Shown: positions 23,395 through 39,962, numbered from the whole stretch's first letter. The stretch: DNA of 62,612 bases, filler included, from Nemertoderma westbladi (GCA_032718475.1; 3 parts of 3 records of this genome joined end to end with filler, not necessarily neighbours in it); one strand, 5' to 3'. Program-made: numbers and translations. Notes: generated by a model not told the origin, from the letters alone.

Positions 23395-26300
23395 AATACT
23401 ATAAAGGCTGTACTAGGTTAAAATATAATATAAAAGACGGGACTAATACTGACTAATACTATAAAGGCTGTACTAGGTTAAAATATAATATAAAATACGG
23501 GACTAATACTGACTAATACTATAAAGGCTGTACTAGGTTAAAATATAATATAAAATACGGGACTAATACTGACTAATACTAAAGGCTGTACTAGGTTAAA
23601 ATATAATATAAAATACGGGACTAATACTGACTAATACTATAAAGGCTGTACTAGGTTAAAATATAATATAAAATACGGGACTAATACTGACTAATACTAT
23701 AAAGGCTGTACTAGGTTAAAATATAATATAAAAGATGGGACTAATACTGACTAATACTATAAAGGCTGTACTAGGTTAAAATATAATATAAAATACGGGA
23801 CTAATACTGACTAATACTATAAAGGCTGTACTAGGTTAAAATATAATATAAAATACGGGACTAATACTGACTAATACTATAAAGGCTGTACTAGGTTAAA
23901 ATATAATATAAAATACGGGACTAATACTGACTAATACTATAAAGGCTGTACTAGGTTAAAATATAATATAAAATACGGGACTAATACTGACTAATACTAT
24001 AAAGGCTGTACTAGGTTAAAATATAATATAAAATACGGGACTAATACTGACTAATACTATAAAGGCTGTACTAGGTTAAAATATAATATAAAATACGGGA
24101 CTAATACTGACTAATACTATAAAGGCTGTACTAGGTTAAAATATAATATAAAATACGGGACTAATACTGACTAATACTATAAAGGCTGTACTAGGTTAAA
24201 ATATAATATAAAATACGGGACTAATACTGACTAATACTATAAAGGCTGTACTAGGTTAAAATATAATATAAAATACGGGACTAATACTGACTAATACTAT
24301 AAAGGCTGTACTAGGTTAAAATATAATATAAAATACGGGACTAATACTGACTAATACTATAAAGGCTGTACTAGGTTAAAATATAATATAAAATACGGGA
24401 CTAATACTGACTAATACTATAAAGGCTGTACTAGGTTAAAATATAATATAAAATACGGGACTAATACTGACTAATACTATAAAGGCTGTACTAGGTTAAA
24501 ATATAATATAAAATACGGGACTAATACTGACTAATACTATAAAGGCTGTACTAGGTTAAAATATAATATAAAATACGGGACTAATACTGACTAATACTAT
24601 AAAGGCTGTACTAGGTTAAAATATAATATAAAATACGGGACTAATACTGACTAATACTATAAAGGCTGTACTAGGTTAAAATATAATATAAAATACGGGA
24701 CTAATACTGACTAATACTATAAAGGCTGTACTAGGTTAAAATATAATATAAAATACGGGACTAATACTGACTAATACTATAAAGGCTGTACTAGGTTAAA
24801 ATATAATATAAAATACGGGACTAATACTGACTAATACTATAAAGGCTGTACTAGGTTAAAATATAATATAAAATACGGGACTAATACTGACTAATACTAT
24901 AAAGGCTGTACTAGGTTAAAATATAATATAAAATACGGGACTAATACTGACTAATACTATAAAGGCTGTACTAGGTTAAAATATAATATAAAAGATGGGA
25001 CTAATACTGACTAATACTATAAAGGCTGTACTAGGTTAAAATATAATATAAAATACGGGACTAATACTGACTAATACTATAAAGGCTGTACTAGGTTAAA
25101 ATATAATATAAAATACGGGACTAATACTGACTAATACTATAAAGGCTGTACTAGGTTAAAATATAATATAAAAGATGGGACTAATACTGACTAATACTAT
25201 AAAGGCTGTACTAGGTTAAAATATAATATAAAATACGGGACTAATACTGACTAATACTATAAAGGCTGTACTAGGTTAAAATATAATATAAAATACGGGA
25301 CTAATACTGACTAATACTATAAAGGCTGTACTAGGTTAAAATATAATATAAAAGATGGGACTAATACTGACTAATACTATAAAGGCTGTACTAGGTTAAA
25401 ATATAATATAAAATACGGGACTAATACTGACTAATACTATAAAGGCTGTACTAGGTTAAAATATAATATAAAATACGGGACTAATACTGACTAATACTAT
25501 AAAGGCTGTACTAGGTTAAAATATAATATAAAATACGGGACTAATACTGACTAATACTATAAAGGCTGTACTAGGTTAAAATATAATATAAAATACGGGA
25601 CTAATACTGACTAATACTATAAAGGCTGTACTAGGTTAAAATATAATATAAAATACGGGACTAATACTGACTAATACTATAAAGGCTGTACTAGGTTAAA
25701 ATATAATATAAAATACGGGACTAATACTGACTAATACTATAAAGGCTGTACTAGGTTAAAATATAATATAAAAGACGGGACTAATACTGACTAATACTAT
25801 AAAGGCTGTACTAGGTTAAAATATAATATAAAATACGGGACTAATACTGACTAATACTATAAAGGCTGTACTAGGTTAAAATATAATATAAAATACGGGA
25901 CTAATACTGACTAATACTATAAAGGCTGTACTAGGTTAAAATATAATATAAAATACGGGACTAATACTGACTAATACTATAAAGGCTGTACTAGGTTAAA
26001 ATATAATATAAAAGATGGGACTAATACTGACTAATACTATAAAGGCTGTACTAGGTTAAAATATAATATAAAATACGGGACTAATACTGACTAATACTAT
26101 AAAGGCTGTACTAGGTTAAAATATAATATAAAAGATGGGACTAATACTGACTAATACTATAAAGGCTGTACTAGGTTAAAATATAATATAAAATACGGGA
26201 CTAATACTGACTAATACTATAAAGGCTGTACTAGGTTAAAATATAATATAAAAGATGGGACTAATACTGACTAATACTATAAAGGCTGTACTAGGTTAAA

Positions 26301-29300
26301 ATATAATATAAAATACGGGACTAATACTGACTAATACTATAAAGGCTGTACTAGGTTAAAATATAATATAAAATACGGGACTAATACTGACTAATACTAT
26401 AAAGGCTGTACTAGGTTAAAATATAATATAAAATACGGGACTAATACTGACTAATACTATAAAGGCTGTACTAGGTTAAAATATAATATAAAATACGGGA
26501 CTAATACTGACTAATACTATAAAGGCTGTACTAGGTTAAAATATAATATAAAATACGGGACTAATACTGACTAATACTATAAAGGCTGTACTAGGTTAAA
26601 ATATAATATAAAATACGGGACTAATACTGACTAATACTATAAAGGCTGTACTAGGTTAAAATATAATATAAAATACGGGACTAATACTGACTAATACTAT
26701 AAAGGCTGTACTAGGTTAAAATATAATATAAAATACGGGACTAATACTGACTAATACTATAAAGGCTGTACTAGGTTAAAATATAATATAAAATACGGGA
26801 CTAATACTGACTAATACTATAAAGGCTGTACTAGGTTAAAATATAATATAAAATACGGGACTAATACTGACTAATACTATAAAGGCTGTACTAGGTTAAA
26901 ATATAATATAAAATACGGGACTAATACTGACTAATACTATAAAGGCTGTACTAGGTTAAAATATAATATAAAATACGGGACTAATACTGACTAATACTAT
27001 AAAGGCTGTACTAGGTTAAAATATAATATAAAATACGGGACTAATACTGACTAATACTATAAAGGCTGTACTAGGTTAAAATATAATATAAAATACGGGA
27101 CTAATACTGACTAATACTATAAAGGCTGTACTAGGTTAAAATATAATATAAAATACGGGACTAATACTGACTAATACTATAAAGGCTGTACTAGGTTAAA
27201 ATATAATATAAAATACGGGACTAATACTGACTAATACTATAAAGGCTGTACTAGGTTAAAATATAATATAAAATACGGGACTAATACTGACTAATACTAT
27301 AAAGGCTGTACTAGGTTAAAATATAATATAAAATACGGGACTAATACTGACTAATACTATAAAGGCTGTACTAGGTTAAAATATAATATAAAATACGGGA
27401 CTAATACTGACTAATACTATAAAGGCTGTACTAGGTTAAAATATAATATAAAATACGGGACTAATACTGACTAATACTATAAAGGCTGTACTAGGTTAAA
27501 ATATAATATAAAATACGGGACTAATACTGACTAATACTATAAAGGCTGTACTAGGTTAAAATATAATATAAAATATGGGACTAATACTGACTAATACTAT
27601 AAAGGCTGTACTAGGTTAAAATATAATATAAAATACGGGACTAATACTGACTAATACTATAAAGGCTGTACTAGGTTAAAATATAATATAAAATACGGGA
27701 CTAATACTGACTAATACTATAAAGGCTGTACTAGGTTAAAATATAATATAAAATACGGGACTAATACTGACTAATACTATAAAGGCTGTACTAGGTTAAA
27801 ATATAATATAAAATACGGGACTAATACTGACTAATACTATAAAGGCTGTACTAGGTTAAAATATAATATAAAATACGGGACTAATACTGACTAATACTAT
27901 AAAGGCTGTACTAGGTTAAAATATAATATAAAAGACGGGACTAATACTGACTAATACTATAAAGGCTGTACTAGGTTAAAATATAATATAAAATACGGGA
28001 CTAATACTGACTAATACTATAAAGGCTGTACTAGGTTAAAATATAATATAAAATACGGGACTAATACTGACTAATACTATAAAGGCTGTACTAGGTTAAA
28101 ATATAATATAAAATACGGGACTAATACTGACTAATACTATAAAGGCTGTACTAGGTTAAAATATAATATAAAATACGGGACTAATACTGACTAATACTAT
28201 AAAGGCTGTACTAGGTTAAAATATAATATAAAATACGGGACTAATACTGACTAATACTATAAAGGCTGTACTAGGTTAAAATATAATATAAAATACGGGA
28301 CTAATACTGACTAATACTATAAAGGCTGTACTAGGTTAAAATATAATATAAAATACGGGACTAATACTGACTAATACTATAAAGGCTGTACTAGGTTAAA
28401 ATATAATATAAAAGATGGGACTAATACTGACTAATACTATAAAGGCTGTACTAGGTTAAAATATAATATAAAAGATGGGACTAATACTGACTAATACTAT
28501 AAAGGCTGTACTAGGTTAAAATATAATATAAAAGATGGGACTAATACTGACTAATACTATAAAGGCTGTACTAGGTTAAAATATAATATAAAATACGGGA
28601 CTAATACTGACTAATACTATAAAGGCTGTACTAGGTTAAAATATAATATAAAAGATGGGACTAATACTGACTAATACTATAAAGGCTGTACTAGGTTAAA
28701 ATATAATATAAAATACGGGACTAATACTGACTAATACTATAAAGGCTGTACTAGGTTAAAATATAATATAAAATACGGGACTAATACTGACTAATACTAT
28801 AAAGGCTGTACTAGGTTAAAATATAATATAAAAGATGGGACTAATACTGACTAATACTATAAAGGCTGTACTAGGTTAAAATATAATATAAAATACGGGA
28901 CTAATACTGACTAATACTATAAAGGCTGTACTAGGTTAAAATATAATATAAAATACGGGACTAATACTGACTAATACTATAAAGGCTGTACTAGGTTAAA
29001 ATATAATATAAAATACGGGACTAATACTGACTAATACTATAAAGGCTGTACTAGGTTAAAATATAATATAAAATACGGGACTAATACTGACTAATACTAT
29101 AAAGGCTGTACTAGGTTAAAATATAATATAAAATACGGGACTAATACTGACTAATACTATAAAGGCTGTACTAGGTTAAAATATAATATAAAATATGGGA
29201 CTAATACTGACTAATACTATAAAGGCTGTACTAGGTTAAAATATAATATAAAATACGGGACTAATACTGACTAATACTATAAAGGCTGTACTAGGTTAAA

Positions 29301-32300
29301 ATATAATATAAAATACGGGACTAATACTGACTAATACTATAAAGGCTGTACTAGGTTAAAATATAATATAAAATACGGGACTAATACTGACTAATACTAT
29401 AAAGGCTGTACTAGGTTAAAATATAATATAAAATACGGGACTAATACTGACTAATACTATAAAGGCTGTACTAGGTTAAAATATAATATAAAATACGGGA
29501 CTAATACTGACTAATACTATAAAGGCTGTACTAGGTTAAAATATAATATAAAATACGGGACTAATACTGACTAATACTATAAAGGCTGTACTAGGTTAAA
29601 ATATAATATAAAATACGGGACTAATACTGACTAATACTATAAAGGCTGTACTAGGTTAAAATATAATATAAAATACGGGACTAATACTGACTAATACTAT
29701 AAAGGCTGTACTAGGTTAAAATATAATATAAAATACGGGACTAATACTGACTAATACTATAAAGGCTGTACTAGGTTAAAATATAATATAAAATACGGGA
29801 CTAATACTGACTAATACTATAAAGGCTGTACTAGGTTAAAATATAATATAAAATACGGGACTAATACTGACTAATACTATAAAGGCTGTACTAGGTTAAA
29901 ATATAATATAAAATACGGGACTAATACTGACTAATACTATAAAGGCTGTACTAGGTTAAAATATAATATAAAATACGGGACTAATACTGACTAATACTAT
30001 AAAGGCTGTACTAGGTTAAAATATAATATAAAATACGGGACTAATACTGACTAATACTAAAGGCTGTACTAGGTTAAAATATAATATAAAATACGGGACT
30101 AATACTGACTAATACTATAAAGGCTGTACTAGGTTAAAATATAATATAAAATACGGGACTAATACTGACTAATACTATAAAGGCTGTACTAGGTTAAAAT
30201 ATAATATAAAATACGGGACTAATACTGACTAATACTATAAAGGCTGTACTAGGTTAAAATATAATATAAAATACGGGACTAATACTGACTAATACTAAAG
30301 GCTGTACTAGGTTAAAATATAATATAAAAGATGGGACTAATACTGACTAATACTATAAAGGCTGTACTAGGTTAAAATATAATATAAAATACGGGACTAA
30401 TACTGACTAATACTAAAGGCTGTACTAGGTTAAAATATAATATAAAAGATGGGACTAATACTGACTAATACTATAAAGGCTGTACTAGGTTAAAATATAA
30501 TATAAAATACGGGACTAATACTGACTAATACTATAAAGGCTGTACTAGGTTAAAATATAATATAAAATATGGGACTAATACTGACTAATACTAAAGGCTG
30601 TACTAGGTTAAAATATAATATAAAATACGGGACTAATACTGACTAATACTATAAAGGCTGTACTAGGTTAAAATATAATATAAAATATGGGACTAATACT
30701 GACTAATACTAAAGGCTGTACTAGGTTAAAATATAATATAAAATACGGGACTAATACTGACTAATACTATAAAGGCTGTACTAGGTTAAAATATAATATA
30801 AAATATGGGACTAATACTGACTAATACTAAAGGCTGTACTAGGTTAAAATATAATATAAAATATGGGACTAATACTGACTAATACTATAAAGGCTGTACT
30901 AGGTTAAAATATAATATAAAAGATGGGACTAATACTGACTAATACTATAAAGGCTGTACTAGGTTAAAATATAATATAAAAGATGGGACTAATACTGACT
31001 AATACTATAAAGGCTGTACTAGGTTAAAATATAATATAAAAGATGGGACTAATACTGACTAATACTATAAAGGCTGTACTAGGTTAAAATATAATATAAA
31101 AGATGGGACTAATACTGACTAATACTATAAAGGCTGTACTAGGTTAAAATATAATATAAAATACGGGACTAATACTGACTAATACTAAAGGCTGTACTAG
31201 GTTAAAATATAATATAAAAGATGGGACTAATACTGACTAATACTATAAAGGCTGTACTAGGTTAAAATATAATATAAAAGATGGGACTAATACTGACTAA
31301 TACTATAAAGGCTGTACTAGGTTAAAATATAATATAAAAGATGGGACTAATACTGACTAATACTATAAAGGCTGTACTAGGTTAAAATATAATATAAAAT
31401 ACGGGACTAATACTGACTAATACTATAAAGGCTGTACTAGGTTAAAATATAATATAAAAGATGGGACTAATACTGACTAATACTATAAAGGCTGTACTAG
31501 GTTAAAATATAATATAAAAGATGGGACTAATACTGACTAATACTATAAAGGCTGTACTAGGTTAAAATATAATATAAAAGATGGGACTAATACTGACTAA
31601 TACTATAAAGGCTGTACTAGGTTAAAATATAATATAAAAGATGGGACTAATACTGACTAATACTATAAAGGCTGTACTAGGTTAAAATATAATATAAAAG
31701 ATGGGACTAATACTGACTAATACTATAAAGGCTGTACTAGGTTAAAATATAATATAAAATACGGGACTAATACTGACTAATACTAAAGGCTGTACTAGGT
31801 TAAAATATAATATAAAAGATGGGACTAATACTGACTAATACTATAAAGGCTGTACTAGGTTAAAATATAATATAAAAGATGGGACTAATACTGACTAATA
31901 CTATAAAGGCTGTACTAGGTTAAAATATAATATAAAAGATGGGACTAATACTGACTAATACTATAAAGGCTGTACTAGGTTAAAATATAATATAAAATAC
32001 GGGACTAATACTGACTAATACTATAAAGGCTGTACTAGGTTAAAATATAATATAAAAGATGGGACTAATACTGACTAATACTATAAAGGCTGTACTAGGT
32101 TAAAATATAATATAAAATATGGGACTAATACTGACTAATACTATAAAGGCTGTACTAGGTTAAAATATAATATAAAAACGAGGACTAATACTGACTAATA
32201 CTATAAAGGCTGTACTAGGTTAAAATATAATATAAAAGATGGGACTAATACTGACTAATACTATAAAGGCTGTACTAGGTTAAAATATAATATAAAATAC

Positions 32301-35300
32301 GGGACTAATACTGACTAATACTATAAAGGCTGTACTAGGTTAAAATATAATATAAAATACGGGACTAATACTGACTAATACTATAAAGGCTGTACTAGGT
32401 TAAAATATAATATAAAATACGGGACTAATACTGACTAATACTATAAAGGCTGTACTAGGTTAAAATATAATATAAAAGATGGGACTAATACTGACTAATA
32501 CTATAAAGGCTGTACTAGGTTAAAATATAATATAAAATACGGGACTAATACTGACTAATACTATAAAGGCTGTACTAGGTTAAAATATAATATAAAAGAT
32601 GGGACTAATACTGACTAATACTATAAAGGCTGTACTAGGTTAAAATATAATATAAAATACGGGACTAATACTGACTAATACTATAAAGGCTGTACTAGGT
32701 TAAAATATAATATAAAATACGGGACTAATACTGACTAATACTATAAAGGCTGTACTAGGTTAAAATATAATATAAAATACGGGACTAATACTGACTAATA
32801 CTATAAAGGCTGTACTAGGTTAAAATATAATATAAAATACGGGACTAATACTGACTAATACTAAAGGCTGTACTAGGTTAAAATATAATATAAAATACGG
32901 GACTAATACTGACTAATACTATAAAGGCTGTACTAGGTTAAAATATAATATAAAATACGGGACTAATACTGACTAATACTATAAAGGCTGTACTAGGTTA
33001 AAATATAATATAAAATACGGGACTAATACTGACTAATACTATAAAGGCTGTACTAGGTTAAAATATAATATAAAATACGGGACTAATACTGACTAATACT
33101 AAAGGCTGTACTAGGTTAAAATATAATATAAAAGATGGGACTAATACTGACTAATACTATAAAGGCTGTACTAGGTTAAAATATAATATAAAATACGGGA
33201 CTAATACTGACTAATACTAAAGGCTGTACTAGGTTAAAATATAATATAAAAGATGGGACTAATACTGACTAATACTATAAAGGCTGTACTAGGTTAAAAT
33301 ATAATATAAAATACGGGACTAATACTGACTAATACTATAAAGGCTGTACTAGGTTAAAATATAATATAAAATATGGGACTAATACTGACTAATACTAAAG
33401 GCTGTACTAGGTTAAAATATAATATAAAATACGGGACTAATACTGACTAATACTATAAAGGCTGTACTAGGTTAAAATATAATATAAAATATGGGACTAA
33501 TACTGACTAATACTAAAGGCTGTACTAGGTTAAAATATAATATAAAATACGGGACTAATACTGACTAATACTATAAAGGCTGTACTAGGTTAAAATATAA
33601 TATAAAATATGGGACTAATACTGACTAATACTAAAGGCTGTACTAGGTTAAAATATAATATAAAATATGGGACTAATACTGACTAATACTAAAGGCTGTA
33701 CTAGGTTAAAATATAATATAAAATACGGGACTAATACTGACTAATACTATAAAGGCTGTACTAGGTTAAAATATAATATAAAATATGGGACTAATACTGA
33801 CTAATACTATAAAGGCTGTACTAGGTTAAAATATAATATAAAATACGGGACTAATACTGACTAATACTATAAAGGCTGTACTAGGTTAAAATATAATATA
33901 AAATACGGGACTAATACTGACTAATACTATAAAGGCTGTACTAGGTTAAAATATAATATAAAATACGGGACTAATACTGACTAATACTATAAAGGCTGTA
34001 CTAGGTTAAAATATAATATAAAATACGGGACTAATACTGACTAATACTAAAGGCTGTACTAGGTTAAAATATAATATAAAAGATGGGACTAATACTGACT
34101 AATACTATAAAGGCTGTACTAGGTTAAAATATAATATAAAATACGGGACTAATACTGACTAATACTATAAAGGCTGTACTAGGTTAAAATATAATATAAA
34201 ATACGGGACTAATACTGACTAATACTATAAAGGCTGTACTAGGTTAAAATATAATATAAAATACGGGACTAATACTGACTAATACTATAAAGGCTGTACT
34301 AGGTTAAAATATAATATAAAAGATGGGACTAATACTGACTAATACTATAAAGGCTGTACTAGGTTAAAATATAATATAAAATACGGGACTAATACTGACT
34401 AATACTATAAAGGCTGTACTAGGTTAAAATATAATATAAAAGATGGGACTAATACTGACTAATACTATAAAGGCTGTACTAGGTTAAAATATAATATAAA
34501 ATACGGGACTAATACTGACTAATACTATAAAGGCTGTACTAGGTTAAAATATAATATAAAATACGGGACTAATACTGACTAATACTATAAAGGCTGTACT
34601 AGGTTAAAATATAATATAAAATACGGGACTAATACTGACTAATACTATAAAGGCTGTACTAGGTTAAAATATAATATAAAAGATGGGACTAATACTGACT
34701 AATACTATAAAGGCTGTACTAGGTTAAAATATAATATAAAATACGGGACTAATACTGACTAATACTATAAAGGCTGTACTAGGTTAAAATATAATATAAA
34801 ATACGGGACTAATACTGACTAATACTATAAAGGCTGTACTAGGTTAAAATATAATATAAAAGATGGGACTAATACTGACTAATACTATAAAGGCTGTACT
34901 AGGTTAAAATATAATATAAAAGATGGGACTAATACTGACTAATACTATAAAGGCTGTACTAGGTTAAAATATAATATAAAAGACGGGACTAATACTGACT
35001 AATACTATAAAGGCTGTACTAGGTTAAAATATAATATAAAAGATGGGACTAATACTGACTAATACTATAAAGGCTGTACTAGGTTAAAATATAATATAAA
35101 AGATGGGACTAATACTGACTAATACTATAAAGGCTGTACTAGGTTAAAATATAATATAAAATACGGGACTAATACTGACTAATACTATAAAGGCTGTACT
35201 AGGTTAAAATATAATATAAAATACGGGACTAATACTGACTAATACTATAAAGGCTGTACTAGGTTAAAATATAATATAAAATACGGGACTAATACTGACT

Positions 35301-38300
35301 AATACTATAAAGGCTGTACTAGGTTAAAATATAATATAAAATACGGGACTAATACTGACTAATACTATAAAGGCTGTACTAGGTTAAAATATAATATAAA
35401 ATACGGGACTAATACTGACTAATACTATAAAGGCTGTACTAGGTTAAAATATAATATAAAAGACGGGACTAATACTGACTAATACTATAAAGGCTGTACT
35501 AGGTTAAAATATAATATAAAATACGGGACTAATACTGACTAATACTATAAAGGCTGTACTAGGTTAAAATATAATATAAAATACGGGACTAATACTGACT
35601 AATACTATAAAGGCTGTACTAGGTTAAAATATAATATAAAAGATGGGACTAATACTGACTAATACTATAAAGGCTGTACTAGGTTAAAATATAATATAAA
35701 ATACGGGACTAATACTGACTAATACTATAAAGGCTGTACTAGGTTAAAATATAATATAAAATACGGGACTAATACTGACTAATACTATAAAGGCTGTACT
35801 AGGTTAAAATATAATATAAAATACGGGACTAATACTGACTAATACTATAAAGGCTGTACTAGGTTAAAATATAATATAAAAGACGGGACTAATACTGACT
35901 AATACTATAAAGGCTGTACTAGGTTAAAATATAATATAAAATACGGGACTAATACTGACTAATACTATAAAGGCTGTACTAGGTTAAAATATAATATAAA
36001 AGATGGGACTAATACTGACTAATACTATAAAGGCTGTACTAGGTTAAAATATAATATAAAATACGGGACTAATACTGACTAATACTATAAAGGCTGTACT
36101 AGGTTAAAATATAATATAAAATACGGGACTAATACTGACTAATACTATAAAGGCTGTACTAGGTTAAAATATAATATAAAATACGGGACTAATACTGACT
36201 AATACTATAAAGGCTGTACTAGGTTAAAATATAATATAAAATACGGGACTAATACTGACTAATACTATAAAGGCTGTACTAGGTTAAAATATAATATAAA
36301 ATACGGGACTAATACTGACTAATACTATAAAGGCTGTACTAGGTTAAAATATAATATAAAATACGGGACTAATACTGACTAATACTATAAAGGCTGTACT
36401 AGGTTAAAATATAATATAAAATACGGGACTAATACTGACTAATACTATAAAGGCTGTACTAGGTTAAAATATAATATAAAATACGGGACTAATACTGACT
36501 AATACTATAAAGGCTGTACTAGGTTAAAATATAATATAAAATACGGGACTAATACTGACTAATACTATAAAGGCTGTACTAGGTTAAAATATAATATAAA
36601 ATACGGGACTAATACTGACTAATACTATAAAGGCTGTACTAGGTTAAAATATAATATAAAATACGGGACTAATACTGACTAATACTATAAAGGCTGTACT
36701 AGGTTAAAATATAATATAAAAGACGGGACTAATACTGACTAATACTATAAAGGCTGTACTAGGTTAAAATATAATATAAAATACGGGACTAATACTGACT
36801 AATACTATAAAGGCTGTACTAGGTTAAAATATAATATAAAATACGGGACTAATACTGACTAATACTATAAAGGCTGTACTAGGTTAAAATATAATATAAA
36901 ATACGGGACTAATACTGACTAATACTATAAAGGCTGTACTAGGTTAAAATATAATATAAAATACGGGACTAATACTGACTAATACTATAAAGGCTGTACT
37001 AGGTTAAAATATAATATAAAATACGGGACTAATACTGACTAATACTATAAAGGCTGTACTAGGTTAAAATATAATATAAAATACGGGACTAATACTGACT
37101 AATACTATAAAGGCTGTACTAGGTTAAAATATAATATAAAATACGGGACTAATACTGACTAATACTATAAAGGCTGTACTAGGTTAAAATATAATATAAA
37201 ATACGGGACTAATACTGACTAATACTATAAAGGCTGTACTAGGTTAAAATATAATATAAAATACGGGACTAATACTGACTAATACTATAAAGGCTGTACT
37301 AGGTTAAAATATAATATAAAATACGGGACTAATACTGACTAATACTATAAAGGCTGTACTAGGTTAAAATATAATATAAAAGACGGGACTAATACTGACT
37401 AATACTATAAAGGCTGTACTAGGTTAAAATATAATATAAAATACGGGACTAATACTGACTAATACTATAAAGGCTGTACTAGGTTAAAATATAATATAAA
37501 ATACGGGACTAATACTGACTAATACTATAAAGGCTGTACTAGGTTAAAATATAATATAAAATACGGGACTAATACTGACTAATACTATAAAGGCTGTACT
37601 AGGTTAAAATATAATATAAAAGATGGGACTAATACTGACTAATACTATAAAGGCTGTACTAGGTTAAAATATAATATAAAATACGGGACTAATACTGACT
37701 AATACTATAAAGGCTGTACTAGGTTAAAATATAATATAAAATACGGGACTAATACTGACTAATACTATAAAGGCTGTACTAGGTTAAAATATAATATAAA
37801 ATATGGGACTAATACTGACTAATACTATAAAGGCTGTACTAGGTTAAAATATAATATAAAAGATGGGACTAATACTGACTAATACTATAAAGGCTGTACT
37901 AGGTTAAAATATAATATAAAATACGGGACTAATACTGACTAATACTATAAAGGCTGTACTAGGTTAAAATATAATATAAAATACGGGACTAATACTGACT
38001 AATACTATAAAGGCTGTACTAGGTTAAAATATAATATAAAATACGGGACTAATACTGACTAATACTATAAAGGCTGTACTAGGTTAAAATATAATATAAA
38101 ATACGGGACTAATACTGACTAATACTATAAAGGCTGTACTAGGTTAAAATATAATATAAAATACGGGACTAATACTGACTAATACTATAAAGGCTGTACT
38201 AGGTTAAAATATAATATAAAATACGGGACTAATACTGACTAATACTATAAAGGCTGTACTAGGTTAAAATATAATATAAAAGATGGGACTAATACTGACT

Positions 38301-39215
38301 AATACTATAAAGGCTGTACTAGGTTAAAATATAATATAAAATACGGGACTAATACTGACTAATACTATAAAGGCTGTACTAGGTTAAAATATAATATAAA
38401 AGACGGGACTAATACTGACTAATACTATAAAGGCTGTACTAGGTTAAAATATAATATAAAATACGGGACTAATACTGACTAATACTATAAAGGCTGTACT
38501 AGGTTAAAATATAATATAAAAGACGGGACTAATACTGACTAATACTATAAAGGCTGTACTAGGTTAAAATATAATATAAAATACGGGACTAATACTGACT
38601 AATACTATAAAGGCTGTACTAGGTTAAAATATAATATAAAATACGGGACTAATACTGACTAATACTATAAAGGCTGTACTAGGTTAAAATATAATATAAA
38701 AGATGGGACTAATACTGACTAATACTATAAAGGCTGTACTAGGTTAAAATATAATATAAAAGATGGGACTAATACTGACTAATACTATAAAGGCTGTACT
38801 AGGTTAAAATATAATATAAAAGATGGGACTAATACTGACTAATACTATAAAGGCTGTACTAGGTTAAAATATAATATAAAATACGGGACTAATACTGACT
38901 AATACTATAAAGGCTGTACTAGGTTAAAATATAATATAAAAGACGGGACTAATACTGACTAATACTATAAAGGCTGTACTAGGTTAAAATATAATATAAA
39001 AGACGGGACTAATACTGACTAATACTATAAAGGCTGTACTAGGTTAAAATATAATATAAAGATACGGGACTAATACTGACTATTACTATAAAGGCTGTAC
39101 TAGGTTAAAATATAATATAAAAGTATGGGACTAATACTGACTAATACTATAAAGGCTGTACTAGGTTATAATATAATATAAAATGACGGGACTAATACTG
39201 ACTAATACTATAAAG
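23395..39215. repeat. 60-bp satellite array, about 264 copies, open at the contig start
   Basis: Unit AAAGGCTGTACTAGGTTAAAATATAATATAAAA[TAC/GAT/GAC/TAT]GGGACTAATACTGACTAATACTAT; some units are 58 bp (2-nt deletion). Confidence 0.99.
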
Positions 39216-39394
39216 TCGGCATCTGCTGGAGTGACCGGTGCACAAAATCACCAGTCTTTACCTACGCCGAGCAGCCCTGATGTAGTACCGGGGTTAGTTT
39301 AACTATAACGGTATGTATAACAAACACAATTACTGTAGGAATAAACTTGGGGATATGAATGTTGCGAATAATCGCATAAACTCTGAATAATAAA

Positions 39395-39962
39395 TATTAC
39401 GCTACGCGTACAAACCATTCAAACAAAATGCAGACCAAACACTGACAGACTACTATCAAGCCTAAACAAACTACGGTATATGTAGACTCCGAAATGGTTA
39501 AGTAGTATGCGTTCTAACCCAGTAGTACGACTTATTCTTTAGATGGGGGTTTACCTTACAGCAATGGCTGCCCCTACTTCCTAACCGTTCTTTATCGGAC
39601 AGATGCTTTACACACACCGAAATTTCCTCAAACCCAACAGCAGCCAGACAACTATCCAGCCTACAAATTATCTAAATAAAATTATACGCTACCCGTACAG
39701 ACTACACGAACAAAGTACAGACCAAACGCTGGCAGACTCCTATCAAGCCTAAATAAACCACAGGACATGCAGACTCCGAAATAGTTAAGTAGTATGCGTT
39801 CTAACCCAGTAGTACGACTTATTCTTTAGATGGGGGTTTACCTTACAGCAATGGCTGCCCCTACTTCCTAACCGTTCTTTATCGGACATACACTCTACAT
39901 GCACTGCAATCCGTTCAGACCTAATCAACAGCTAGCCAACAGTCAAGCCTACAAATTATCTG
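39395..39962. repeat. Two tandem 287-bp units with a near-identical 118-nt core
   Basis: 39484-39601 versus 39771-39888 differ at one base, while the flanking parts of the units carry many substitutions. Confidence 0.9.

Noticed and set aside
23395-39215. CRISPR array or telomeric repeat
   Set aside because: Head-to-tail units with no unique spacers, no cas genes and no short G-rich telomere motif; the context is eukaryotic.
39300-39312. TAACTATAACGGT, part of the LSU rRNA/I-CeuI site, suggesting the satellite is an rDNA spacer
   Set aside because: Only 13 nt match; the downstream CCTAAGGTAGC and any other rRNA sequence are absent.
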